In this document: piece after piece, positions 1 through 11,072 of the stretch
How the letters are laid out: each line of letters starts with the position of its first letter
How positions within the stretch are numbered: the first letter of the stretch is position 1
Source: Octopus sinensis
Taxonomy: Eukaryota
DNA length: 64,000 bases
Assembly: GCF_006345805.1 (NCBI RefSeq)
Contig: NC_043005.1
Location: 78,182,001 to 78,246,000 of the forward strand
Direction of reading: 5' to 3'
Notes under the pieces: generated by a model
Databases searched by the model: none
What the model saw: the letters and a program-made list of their open reading frames with translations, nothing else
Told to the model about the DNA's origin: nothing
Made by a program: the position numbers and the translations under genes

Positions 1-51
1 TTATTATTATTATTATTATTGTTGTTGTTGTCGTCATCATCATTATTATTA

Positions 52-86
<35 letters not shown>
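1..86. repeat. (TTA)n microsatellite with GTT/GTC/CAT interruptions
   Basis: Direct tandem repeat. Confidence 0.95.
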
Positions 87-87
<1 letters not shown>

Positions 88-348
88 AAGGAGGTGGAGT
101 AATTGTAATTTGTGTTCTATGGAGGCGTTAGAAATCATAAGGTATATATCTGGTCTTATTAATAAAAGAAGTGAATTAGTGATCGGTTGTTTCTACTAAT
201 TGAATAAAACATACATAATGATTCTTGTTTAGCTATCCTGGTTTCCACAATGTTAATGACATCAACTCCGTCCTCCATGTTACTATAAATTTACATTGAA
301 TATTTTTAATGTATTCTAAACACTTGCCCCCCACTTAACTAATTCCTA

Positions 349-890
349 TACACACGCACACACACACGCACACACACACGCACATTCCCACTCCGTCTAC
401 GCACGTATGCCAAAACATACAAACACTCACAACTACACCCACCCACTCAAACAGCTACACCCACACATATTCATCCTCTTCTGACAGCTTTTGACCCACT
501 ATTGACTCTTGCATCTACGCACATTCACTCACCCGTCACTATAGCTGCTGATCTCTGCCACCCGTTCAAACAACTGCCACCATAACTGTTAATCTCTCAG
601 AGAGACATTAACACTCACACACACACACGGACAGACTACACATACGAGCACAAACACACAAACACACACACCACACACACACCACACACACACACACACA
701 CGCACACACACAGAGGCTATCACGCACATGGTAACACGCACATGCACAACACAATGCACACACACACAGCACACACACAGTTACCACTACACAAACACAC
801 GCTACCACGCACACACATATACACGTTACCATTCATACACGCACTGCCGCGCACACACCACAAGCTGCCGCACAATCACGTGCGCACACG
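349..890. repeat. Degenerate CA-rich microsatellite region
   Basis: (CA)n-derived tracts; explain the CV/HT-rich ORFs. Confidence 0.85.
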
Positions 891-1172
891 CTTGTTGGGC
901 ATTTCAGCACTCTCCTATTCCAGAAAGTATCTTCTCTTTTTATTCCTACTTCGGGTCACTTACTTCAAACATGTAACCAGACTTGATTGTTAGCAACCTT
1001 TTCTTCCTTCGTCTTGGACTTGCCTGATTCTTCCTGTTTCCGAAGAAGAGCTAAAACTCGAAAAGTAAAGCTGTTACTCTTTTCTTTCTCTGAGCGTCTT
1101 ATTAATACATTACTTGTGCCACGTCCAAACGTTTGTTTTCTTTCTTTTTCTCGGTATTTTTTGAATTGGCTA
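880..1172 (+). mobile_element. Degenerate short Penelope-like terminal element (family P) with a decayed hammerhead motif
   Basis: TTTCCGAAGAAGAGCTAAAACTCGAAAAGT...CTGAGCGTC...TAATAC...CCACGTCC resembles 3201-3325 and 27905-28075. Confidence 0.55.
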
Positions 1173-1374
1173 TACACACACACATATATATATATATATA
1201 TGCATGCATGTATGTATGTATGTATATATATATGTATGCATATATATGTATATATGTATGTATGCACGTTTATGTATATGTGTGTGTATGTAGACAATGT
1301 ATATGTCTATATACATATGTATGTAAATCTATCTAGCTATATATATATATGCATATATATATATACATATATAT

Positions 1375-1430
<56 letters not shown>

Positions 1431-1436
1431 ATATAA
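1173..1436. repeat. (CA)/(TA)/(TATG) compound microsatellite
   Basis: Direct tandem repeat. Confidence 0.9.
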
Positions 1437-1919
1437 TACACACATACATACACAGTTATTACTATGTAAACATCATGTTTATTTTCGTTTCTAATTAAAA
1501 AGCAAGTTATAATTACTCTGTATAAACAAAATAATTTCTTAACAATTTCTAAACGGAAGTAAATTGTTTCATTCATGCCTAATTGCTTAATTTTAATAAC
1601 TTTCTGTAAAATTCGTTGATAAAAAGAAGTTGCTGTTTTTGGTTTTGACCGACACCAGTAAAAGTTATAAATATGTACAGCTGGAGGAAAGAAATATTTT
1701 AAATGTTTTCAGGAGAAATAGCTATCAATTTACATGAGGAATATCAGAATTAATCTATCTTGCTATATTTGATACGTGTTATATAATATTCGATGTATTT
1801 AGAAAATGCTATAGGCATGAAACTGTGAATACAATAAGGAAAATAATAACAACAACAACAACAACAGCAATAATAATTATTTTTTCTGGTTTTCGCACGA
1901 AGACAATTTTAATGCGGCG

Positions 1920-2070
1920 GATGGGTTAGTCGATTACTTAAGCTGGCAACTAATTTTATCGACTTTGATTTGATAAAATGTAAAGTCAATCGAAGAACGC
2001 AAACGGGCAGAAGTAAATTCCGCTGAGCCTTTTGTTCAACGTGCTAAAGATTGTACCGGTTTACCACCCT
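1920..2070 (-). mobile_element. SINE family C, degenerate copy
   Basis: Remnants GTCGATTAC...TTTATCGAC...AAAGTCAA...GTGCTAA match conserved copies such as 54385-54616. Confidence 0.45.
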
Positions 2071-2072
2071 TC

Positions 2073-2073
<1 letters not shown>

Positions 2074-2141
<68 letters not shown>

Positions 2142-2167
2142 TAGTAGTAGTTGTTGTTGTTGTTGTT
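2074..2167. repeat. (CTA)n(CTG)n(TAG)n(TTG)n compound repeat; the last part is the (AAC)n tail of element D
   Basis: Direct tandem repeat. Confidence 0.9.
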
Positions 2168-2356
2168 AAACAACAAGACCGGTAAGGGTGATTAAGTGAT
2201 GGTCTAGGGCTTAGGGGCGGGAGACCCCAGACCTTGGAAAAAAACTTTGGTCGTCTAGTTGTAGTCGAGGGCTCTTCGTTGACGCCCAACACCACTGGGA
2301 GGTGGCCCTCGAAGTCGCTGGAAATGGACGTCTCCAGGTTCAAACTCTTGAACGGC
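2168..2356 (-). mobile_element. Short non-tRNA retroposon (family D), copy 1
   Basis: GC-rich ~190 bp, highly similar to 21236-21423; same 5' start; (AAC)n tail; TGCTGCTGCTGCT on both flanks. Confidence 0.8.
2265..2356 (-). ncRNA. Candidate HDV-like (ingi/L1Tc-type) self-cleaving ribozyme
   Basis: P1 GCC^CGAC/GTTGGGC, P2 TCGAGGGC/GCCCTCGA, P3 CAC-CTCCCA-GTG, J4/2 CGAAGA; manual fold. Confidence 0.55.
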
Positions 2357-2409
2357 TGCTGCTGCTGCTAGTAATACTACTACCACTACAAGAAAGCGAT
2401 AAAGCCTCT

Positions 2410-2640
2410 TCTCAGGTTAAAGAACAGGTGTCCTTCCGAGTTATAGGGCCGGTTTCCCCACTGAACAAGAGACCTGTGCTTGAAAGGATTGCTCAATTTT
2501 GCCGGTTGAGTGGACTGAGGCAACGTGAAAAGAAATGTCTTGCTCAAGAACACAACACATTGCCCAACCCCAAAATAAAACTTGCAATCTTACGATCAGG
2601 AGTCCAACGACGTCCCTTTCTACTTAATTATGTGCTCCCA
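2410..2640 (-). mobile_element. tRNA-derived SINE family F
   Basis: GAGTGGACTGAGGCAACGTGAAAAG...TGTCTTGCTCAAGAACAC is the reverse complement of the core at 53740-53790. Confidence 0.65.
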
Positions 2641-3127
2641 GATGTGCTTATACATGTACATACACACATACATACTTATATATATATATATATATATAAT
2701 ATATATATATACAATATATATTCCGTATTTTTGAATTAAGGCTACCATTGTTTTCATGTTAAAAAGGGCAGAAAAATATTTCAAGCTGATCACATGGACA
2801 AATTTTGGAGGTGAACACCTTTCTCCATGCGATCAGTTTGAAAAATTGTTAAGATACTTGGTGTTGAGGCGGAGGCCTACGGGTGAAATGTGGGCTGGTC
2901 CACTACAAATAAATAGTGGACTGACTCAGCAAGTAGGGTCAGTCAGCAAGTACGCTGTACGGACCAGTCATGCAGACGACGAAATACGTTGTCATAATGC
3001 GGGACATATCACTTGGATAATTTCCTACTCTCCTTAGCATGAAACCAATGGTAGCCTTGATTCAAAAATAAGCAAATTATTTAACCAACAATAAGGTGTT
3101 GAGCACTCATTGCAACGTTCTACATTT

Positions 3128-3325
3128 ACGTGATCGCGTGTGTACCGTTGGCGATTTTTGTCCCTCTGTCTTCCCTTCTCTGGATCTTTCCTTCTCCTAT
3201 GTTTCTGACGAAGAGCTCCGCTCGAAACGTTAAACCCTCCTTCTTTCCTTCTTTCTTGAGCGTCCAATAATACTATATTTGTTCCACGTCCTCGCGTTGT
3301 TTGAACTTTCTTGTTTGGATTAACT
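3128..3325 (+). mobile_element. Short Penelope-like terminal element (family P)
   Basis: Contains a hammerhead motif; related to 880-1172, 4300-4430 and 27905-28075. Confidence 0.6.
3201..3235 (+). ncRNA. Minimal type I hammerhead ribozyme motif
   Basis: GTTT-CTGACGA-A-GAGC(TCC)GCTC-GAAA-CGT-T-AAAC: stems I and II pair, palindromic ACGT stem III, one extra A after the core. Confidence 0.65.
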
Positions 3326-3436
3326 ATATATATATATATATATATATAAATGACGTTTATCGTTTTATATATATATATATATATTATATATATATATTAT
3401 ATATATATATTATATATATATATATATATAATATAT

Positions 3437-3472
<36 letters not shown>

Positions 3473-3491
3473 GAGAGAGAGAGAATGGATG

Positions 3492-3576
<85 letters not shown>
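3326..3576. repeat. (TA)n-(GA)n-(GATA)n compound microsatellite
   Basis: Direct tandem repeat. Confidence 0.95.
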
Positions 3577-3660
3577 CTAGTTCATATAATGGAAAAGGAA
3601 GCACACACTAATGCATTAGGGCAGTAAAATATTTTAAGAAGTTAAAAGTTATGGCTTTTA

Positions 3661-3735
3661 AAGCGCTTACCAGTATAAGCGACTCGTCTGACTCAAAATT
3701 CGAGTCTGACGAGTCGTCGATACTGCTAAGCGCTT
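3661..3735. repeat. 75-bp imperfect palindrome (34-bp arms, 7-nt loop)
   Basis: AAGCGCTTACCAGTATAAGCGACTCGTCTGACTC vs reverse complement of 3702-3735, 29/34 match. Confidence 0.85.
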
Positions 3736-3908
3736 CATAGGTGCGAAACCAAGAGAAAGTATGGGCGTGTGTGTGTGTGTTTATTATATCTATCTATCTA
3801 TATCTATCTATCTCTCTCTCTCTCTCTATATATATATATAATATATATATAATATATATATAATATTAATATATATATATATATATATATTATATTATAT
3901 ATATATTA

Positions 3909-3942
<34 letters not shown>

Positions 3943-4011
3943 GATATATATATATTATATATATATATATATATATAATATATATATATATATTTATATT
4001 TATATGTATGT

Positions 4012-4286
4012 GGAGGCGCAATGGCCCAGTGGTTAGGGCGCGAACTCGCGGTCGTAGGATCGCGGTTTCGATTCCCAAACCGGGCGTTGTGAGTGTTTAT
4101 TGAGTGAAAACACCTAAAAAGCTCCACAAGGCTCCGGCACGGGGTGGTGATCCCACTCTTTCTTCTGTTGGCCTGCTCGCTTAGCCAGCGGGGTGGCGTC
4201 ATTCGAAGGCTAAAACAATGCGAACGCATTGTAACCAGCGATGTGTAATAACATCTGATGGTCTGGTCGGTCACGTGATCACGTGA
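4012..4286 (+). mobile_element. tRNA-derived SINE family B
   Basis: Head GGAGGCGCAATGGCCCAGTGGTTAG (A box) ...GGTTTCGATTCCC (B box); copies at 5995 and 60270. Confidence 0.85.
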
Positions 4287-4299
4287 TATATATATTTAT

Positions 4300-4430
4300 A
4301 TTTGTTTTATTTATATTTCCTGAGCGCCATACTAATACAATTGTTTGTTTGTATTCCACCTGCCTTCGTCTTTTGTTTATTTCCGTAAACCTGCCTTCGT
4401 CTTTTGTCTATTTTCATAAAGCTTCCCGTT
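4300..4430 (+). mobile_element. 3' half of a family P-related element
   Basis: CCTGAGCGCCATACTAATACA...CACCTGCCTTCGTCTTTTGTTT matches the reverse complement of 27905-27985. Confidence 0.55.
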
Positions 4431-4636
4431 ATATATATATACACTTTATTTAAAGCAGCAGAAAATTCAACAAAACCTGTTACTCTGAGTTTCCCGTTGC
4501 CGTTCATCGGACAGTTTTTGCTAGTAATAAAGCATATTACTCTACCACTGGTATTTGAGTACTCTTTTTTTTTCACACCTTGTTTCACATTTATGTGTTT
4601 ACTACTCCGGTAAAAATATATATATTATATATATAT

Positions 4637-4685
<49 letters not shown>

Positions 4686-5214
4686 ATAATATATATATAT
4701 ATTTATATTTATATATATACACACACAACCTATATAACTATTTATTTACCCTTACAATGATTTTGTATATAGTATGTAACATTGAAATAATTTCAAACGG
4801 TAATTCTTAGACAAACTTCCACGTTCATTATATTTACAATTCTTCAGAGTTATTCATGGAGAAAATTGCTTCTGAAATTGAAACAGCACGAAAATCATAC
4901 GCACTGTTAAAGTCGAGATAATTGCATATGAAACATATCCGTTCGTTCGTGTGCTTATGTATGTGTGTTAGTGTGTGTGTGTGTGCGCGCGAACGTGCTC
5001 GCGTGTGTACTCTCGAGCGTGTGGGAGTATTTGCGTAGGGTCTCAATGATTACAATTCCTTTGATACCTGTACGTTATTCAAGTGTATCGCCTTGTTTCA
5101 CCGACTACTCTCAACACTTCCTACGTTCAACGTAGAAATACATTAGAATTTTGAACAGTTTTTTTTCCTTTTAAAGGCGTAATGAATAGATTTTTTTAAA
5201 ACTCTGCTAAGATC

Positions 5215-5240
5215 TATCTATCCACCCATCCATCCATCAT

Positions 5241-5317
<77 letters not shown>

Positions 5318-5366
5318 CATCCATCCATCCATCCATCCATCCATTCATCCATCCATCCATCTATCC

Positions 5367-5413
<47 letters not shown>

Positions 5414-5425
5414 GATCGATCTATC
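5215..5425. repeat. (TATC)n/(TCCA)n compound microsatellite
   Basis: Direct tandem repeat. Confidence 0.95.
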
Positions 5426-5949
5426 TATGTATGTGCGTGTGTGTGACAGCTAGCCGCTGTTGAGCGCTCTTTTCGTTTTCAGCAGCCTCAGAAGCAACAC
5501 GTATCTGTTCGTCTCCCCGTGGCCTTTAGGCACAACTTCACAAGCCAGCCCCTACTCAAATCGTCCTGTCGAAAGACCCTTGTCCTACGTCCTGGTTTTG
5601 TTTTGTTGTTTATTTTTTATTTTTACCGTTATTGTTTTTACTACGTTTTTGTATTTTATTGGTGTCACGTATCTGTATTTTTGTTTGTGTACTTCGATCG
5701 TTTTCCGTCCGTCCTTTCGTTGTATACATTCGAAGCTTTCTTCCTCAGGGGATCTAATGCGCTTGGCTTAGATTTCCCTTGGCGGGCTGGCCATATCGGA
5801 GCAATCTCAAGATTAATCAGCCGAAATTGCTAAGATGATCTGGTTCTTGACTGATGACTGAGGCTTCGAATGTCCCGTCCTGTGGTTCTTGTGTCGTCTC
5901 TGTGGTGTTTCATTTTCTTGTCCATGTCTGTATTTAATTTTACTGTTTA

Positions 5950-5994
<45 letters not shown>

Positions 5995-5996
<2 letters not shown>

Positions 5997-6281
5997 AGGC
6001 GCAATGGCCCAGTGGTTAGGGCAGCGGACTCGCGGTCGGAGGATCGCGGTTTCGATTCCCAGACCGGGCGTTGTGTGTGTTTATTGAGCGAAAACACCTA
6101 AAAGCTCCACGACGCTCCGGCAATGGGTGGTGGCGACGACCTCTGTTGTACTCTTTCGCCACAACTTTCTCTCACTCTCTCTTCCTGTTTCTTGAGCGTC
6201 CCGTCCACCTGGGGGGAACACATACGCCACAGACACCGGGCCCATGAGCCTGGCTATCTTTGAAAAGGGCGACGTTTATCG

Positions 6282-6283
<2 letters not shown>
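5995..6283 (+). mobile_element. tRNA-derived SINE family B with an alternative 3' tail
   Basis: A/B-box head as at 4012; sequence diverges after ~6185. Confidence 0.85.
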
Positions 6284-6349
<66 letters not shown>

Positions 6350-6407
6350 ATGTGTGTGTATATGTGCATCTTGAGGAGTATGTGAGTGTGTGAGCTGCGC
6401 GCGCGAA

Positions 6408-6545
6408 TGCATGGGTACGTGGTAAGAAGTTTGCTTCTAAAACTACCTTGCGGGGTAACTTTGGTAAGCATCTTCAACTGTAGCCATAGATTCACCCAAA
6501 ACCTTGTTAGTGGATGAGTGGAAAATAAATGAAACCCGTCGAATA
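6408..6545 (+). mobile_element. Degenerate SINE family A head
   Basis: GTGGTAAGAAGTTTGCTTC...AAAACCTTGTTAGTGGAT. Confidence 0.45.
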
Positions 6546-6661
6546 TTTCTATGCTTATTATATTGTTGAGAATACATACATAAAACAAAACGTGCAAAAC
6601 TGCGCATGCGCTGCCTCTAAAAGTAGCACACACACACACACATACAAACGACAAAAATACC

Positions 6662-6772
6662 CTATTGACATCAAAATTCTAATGAAGGAAATTTGGATCT
6701 AGGTTAGAAACTGGCTCTTTCTGTATTGACCAGAAATCTTGAAATAAACTGACTAATAACATACATACATAT
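6662..6772 (+). repeat. Interspersed repeat fragment (family G, probable retroelement tail)
   Basis: GATCTAGGTTAGAAA...AGAAATCTTGAAATAAACT recurs at 35545-35650. Confidence 0.5.
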
Positions 6773-7042
6773 ACACAGAAAAAAAGATTATCTCTACATG
6801 TGAACCATATATGTTTGATCTCTGTCAGGCGCTCATCACGCGGCAAATATTATTGATGTAAGCTTGAGATGGGTAGGAAAAGTGGGCGTTCGGCTATAGA
6901 GATAATATTCAAATAACATTTTTAATACTAGATTTTAGCTTGTGTTGATAACATTATAGAATATTGGTCTTCATAGTTTTATAACTAAGAATTGTCATCT
7001 TTTATATGTGTGTGGGTACGTGCGCATTTGTCTGTGTATAAG

Positions 7043-7083
<41 letters not shown>

Positions 7084-7167
7084 TATATAAGTTTATGTGT
7101 ATATGTGATATATATATATATATATAATATATATATATATATAATATTATATATAAGTTTATGTGTA

Positions 7168-7219
<52 letters not shown>

Positions 7220-7612
7220 TATATAATCAAGGAGGGTGGTGAAGTGTATATGTGTGTGTGGATGTAAGTATATACGTGGGTGTGTATAGATAAATATGTA
7301 AATAGATAGATAAATATAGATATGGATAAGAAATTCTCTCTCATAAACTAAAAAAAAAACAATATCCTATAATCAATATATATTAAAATGTAGAATTAAA
7401 ATATTTCAGATGTATATTATTTGAACGTGTGACTGTGTGCATGTGTGCGCGCGTTTGTATATGTATGTGTGAATATATAAATATAAGATATATAAGAATA
7501 CATAGGTATAAATGTATCTCTCTCTACATATATGTATGCATATGTGAGTGTATATATATATACATATGTATATATGCATACATATATATCTGTATTCATA
7601 TATATGCATATG

Positions 7613-7645
<33 letters not shown>

Positions 7646-7807
7646 ATATATATGTATATATATATATACGTGAGATGTGTGTGTGTGTGAGGGGAGATAT
7701 TACATAGAGAAAGACTGATGCTAGTTATTCAAAATACATGTACGGTGTGATATTCACGGTTGATCTTTTATTTTAATATAGTGTCATATGTTATCAAAAC
7801 TTACTAC

Positions 7808-7926
<119 letters not shown>

Positions 7927-8746
7927 TTATTGCTATGATATATGTATGTTTATATATATATATATATTCATAAACATACTTAGAATTATATATTATAAAG
8001 TGTCAAATAATTGTTCTGTTATACATTTAGAATCTCGTTATTCTCTCCACCTTTAACTAAACCATAAAAATTAATGCGATCTAAAAATGTCTAGGCATCT
8101 TTTTAAACCGCATACACATATTGAAGTCATCGTTACATAAAATATTTTCTTCTACATGAATATTAATTACTGTTTTCGCCAGTGTATAAGTAAGATGAGT
8201 TTTTGATATTTTTTAATGCATCAAAAATTTGTCTAGCGTTTAATGAAGCCGTATTACTTCTGCGAAACCGAGTGTGATAGACTTGGGAGCTGGTTAAGTA
8301 TAAATCCCCAAGGTACAATAATTAATACTAATAAGAGAATATTAAAATGAAGCCAAACAACAATTTGTCATTACAAGCCTTTGTAAAATTACGACATATT
8401 ATAAATTATGTAAAGAGGTCACATCGTATCATTGTGCCACTCCTGATATATGTCTTATGTTATTTAATGATTGTATTAAATTTAAGAAACTTCTGTCTAA
8501 TATCTCAATGAAAAAATTTTCCTAGAACGAGAAAAGGAATTTTAAACTTTGATCCGTATGCAACGAGTGGATGACAACAAAATCATAGTCGTGGCGTTGC
8601 TACCTTTGTAAACGATTTCGGTTGCATAAAACATTCACGGCCAGGAATACGATTCTTGCGTCCTGTATAGCAATTCTTTTGACCAAAGTATAATCAACTA
8701 TACTAATGGAAGAAAATAAAATTGAAATATGTGTGTGTGTGTGTGT

Positions 8747-8781
<35 letters not shown>

Positions 8782-9032
8782 ATATATATGTATGTATGTG
8801 TAGCATTTTCATAATGTTCGTTTTCGTGTCAATTTAGATATAAAACAAATTAAACTGAAGAATCTGAAGAATTATACAATACTTTTTAGTTGAGTACATA
8901 TTTATCAAACATTTACAAGAGGACTGATGACAGTGACTTCGAAATTTCGGCTTTCTACTTGCCTTCTTCAATTCCGGCCCGCTAGTCTACAAGAACACAT
9001 ATATGTAAATATGTATGTTTTTAAAACACACA

Positions 9033-9180
9033 TGTATGTATGTATGTACGTATGTATGTATGTATGTATGTATGTATGTATGTATGTATGTATGTATGTA
9101 TGTATGTATGTATGTATATATGTATGTATGTATGTGTGCATGCATGCATGCATGTATGTATGTAAGTATGTAATGTATGT
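9033..9180. repeat. (TATG)n microsatellite
   Basis: Direct tandem repeat. Confidence 0.95.
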
Positions 9181-9559
9181 GCATATTAACCTACTTTCAG
9201 GGAAAAATGCTATTATATACAAGGTGATCAAGCAAATCATTTGCTTGATTTCTAATCTTAAAGCTTTAACGATGTCCTGAAGTATTTTTCAGATGAGAAA
9301 ATTAAGTTTTTAGTGAAATGATTTATTAGCTGTTCATCTACCATGTAGGGAGAGTAACATACAATCTGTTTTATTATAGGAATACAAAATGGTTGGTTTC
9401 TTCTGACAGCATAGAAAATGCTAGGGATTTTGAATCAATCGTTTTATATCAATTTTATTTTATAATGCTGGCACCTGTACAGTAAGTTAGGTTCTGCGTG
9501 TTTTTTCGATCTTCAAGAAAAAATTGCAAAATTTCTTTCAAACTATTTCTATTTATCTA

Positions 9560-9756
9560 TTATCTTTTATTTGTTTCAGCCATTAGATTGTGGCCATTCT
9601 GGGGCACCGCCTTGAGAAATTTTAAGTCGAATGAATGTACCCCAGTACTTTTTTTCTGAAGCCTGGTATTTATTCTATCTTTCTTCTATGTCGAACCCTA
9701 GTTTACGGGGACGTAAGTACAGCAACACCGGTTGTCAAGCGGTAGTGGGAGACAAA

Positions 9757-9796
<40 letters not shown>

Positions 9797-9934
9797 ATTC
9801 TTTCAGTTTCCATCCACCAAATCCACGCAGAAGGCTATAGCAGAAGACCCTTGCTGAACGTACCACGCAGTGGGACTGAACGCGGTACCATGTGGTTGGG
9901 AAGCAAGCTTCTTACCACAGTGCCGCCTGCGCCT
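9560..9934 (-). mobile_element. tRNA-derived CORE-like SINE family A
   Basis: Collinear with 51431-51824; internal (CA)n. Confidence 0.8.
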
Positions 9935-10218
9935 ACACAAAAGCAAAGGCTGATATCCATGTAATTTGTACAAATTAATCAATAGTATAATTTAGAAAAA
10001 CAAACTTCATCGGTTTGAAAAGAAGAACGTCAAATTCAATAATATAGTCCCCTGATGTAGGAAAATAGGGAACAGCCACGGCTAGAACTCCTTTCGTCAT
10101 TGACCTGCTTGATTAGAGCTCACATAGAACTAAACAATAACATCTGCATCTAGTTTCTAACCCCATGGAAGAAATAAAGCCAAAGTTTACCAATTAGATT
10201 TAAGCTCAAAACCTTATA

Positions 10219-10486
10219 GAATCAAACTTTCAAAGAATTCCTCTCGACAAATGGCTATGATGCTCCTCCATACTTCTGCTCATGCTCAGAGATGCACATA
10301 TTGTCAGCCATCAAAGGACATGCTCAAATGGTTAAGGTCAAACAAATAACATGCAAATCTGTGGTATTGAGCAGAATATTTGTTGTATCACACCTTTTAT
10401 ACCAAGACAAAACAATGATAACATTGCCAATTAGTTAAGATAGGAAGCCATGAGAACAACTGCCCGGCATGGCATCAGGGCATTTT
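10219..10486 (+). repeat. Interspersed repeat family E, 3' part
   Basis: Collinear with 25465-25723 (GGTTAAGGTCAA...TGTGGTATTGA...TTTTATACCAAGACAAAACAATG). Confidence 0.8.
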
Positions 10487-10496
10487 ATTATTATTA

Positions 10497-10830
10497 TTAC
10501 CTCCGTTTTAGCGAAGGTGGGTGTATTGTTTTCAGTCATGTTTGTTTGTTTGTTTGTCCGTGGACAATATATCTCAAGAACTGCTGGATGGATTTGGATG
10601 AAACTTTCAGAGATGTTTGGCCTCGTGACTAGCTCGAACTGAATCTAAAATCTGGATTATTTTTCCTGCCTTTTTAATTTTATTTTTGATAGCGGTCGGG
10701 TTCATTTTTAGTATTCCCGTCTTTGAGAGCAGTTGAGTTTATTTAAAATATTCTCATTTTTAAAATCATCTCCGGCTAATCGTTGAGAGGACGTTGGTGT
10801 TGCCTTGGCAGAGGTTGGTGCTTCTTTGTT
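10497..10830 (+). mobile_element. Helentron-associated non-autonomous element (HINE/DINE-1-like)
   Basis: TTACCTCCG start, (GTTT)n, GATTTGGATGAAACTTT, subterminal GCCTTGGCAGAGGT inverted to the start, TT ends. Confidence 0.6.
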
Positions 10831-10831
10831 A

Positions 10832-10888
10832 TTATTACTACTACTACTACTGTTACTACCACTACGGCTGCTGCAACTGCTGCTGCTG

Positions 10889-10942
<54 letters not shown>
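10832..10942. repeat. (TAC)n/(TGC)n microsatellite
   Basis: Direct tandem repeat. Confidence 0.95.
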
Positions 10943-11072
10943 TGTTTCGCAGAATTTCGTCCATCTTTACGTTCTTACTTCGAATTCCGCCAATGTTGAT
11001 TTTACCTTTTCTCTTTTCGGAGTCGATAAAGTACCAGTTGCGCATTGGGGTCTTGTGCCAGAATTTGAAACC
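10943..11072 (+). mobile_element. SINE family C, partial
   Basis: ATTTCGTCCATCTTTACGTTC...GTCGATAAAGTACCAGTTGCGCATTGGGG. Confidence 0.7.

Noticed and set aside
589-1436. Long ORFs rich in IY, CV, HT, SIYL, YVCM or homopolymer runs (here and throughout the window)
   Set aside because: They are translations of microsatellites lacking stops in some frames; no domain content.
4012-4085. tRNA genes at SINE heads (also 5995, 11863, 53664, 60270)
   Set aside because: A/B boxes are present but I cannot fold a full cloverleaf with an acceptor stem, and each continues into a shared SINE body.
4477-4514. Minus-strand CCGATGA...GAAACTC as a hammerhead
   Set aside because: Core altered, stem II only 2 bp, stems I and III do not pair properly.
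5848-5878. CTGATGA...CGAATGTC as a hammerhead
   Set aside because: No GAAA and no stem II pairing.
8170-8330. ~50-codon open frame on the minus strand as an exon
   Set aside because: No recognisable protein and no convincing splice sites.
8920-8952. CTGATGA...GAAATTTC as a hammerhead
   Set aside because: Stems I and II do not pair.
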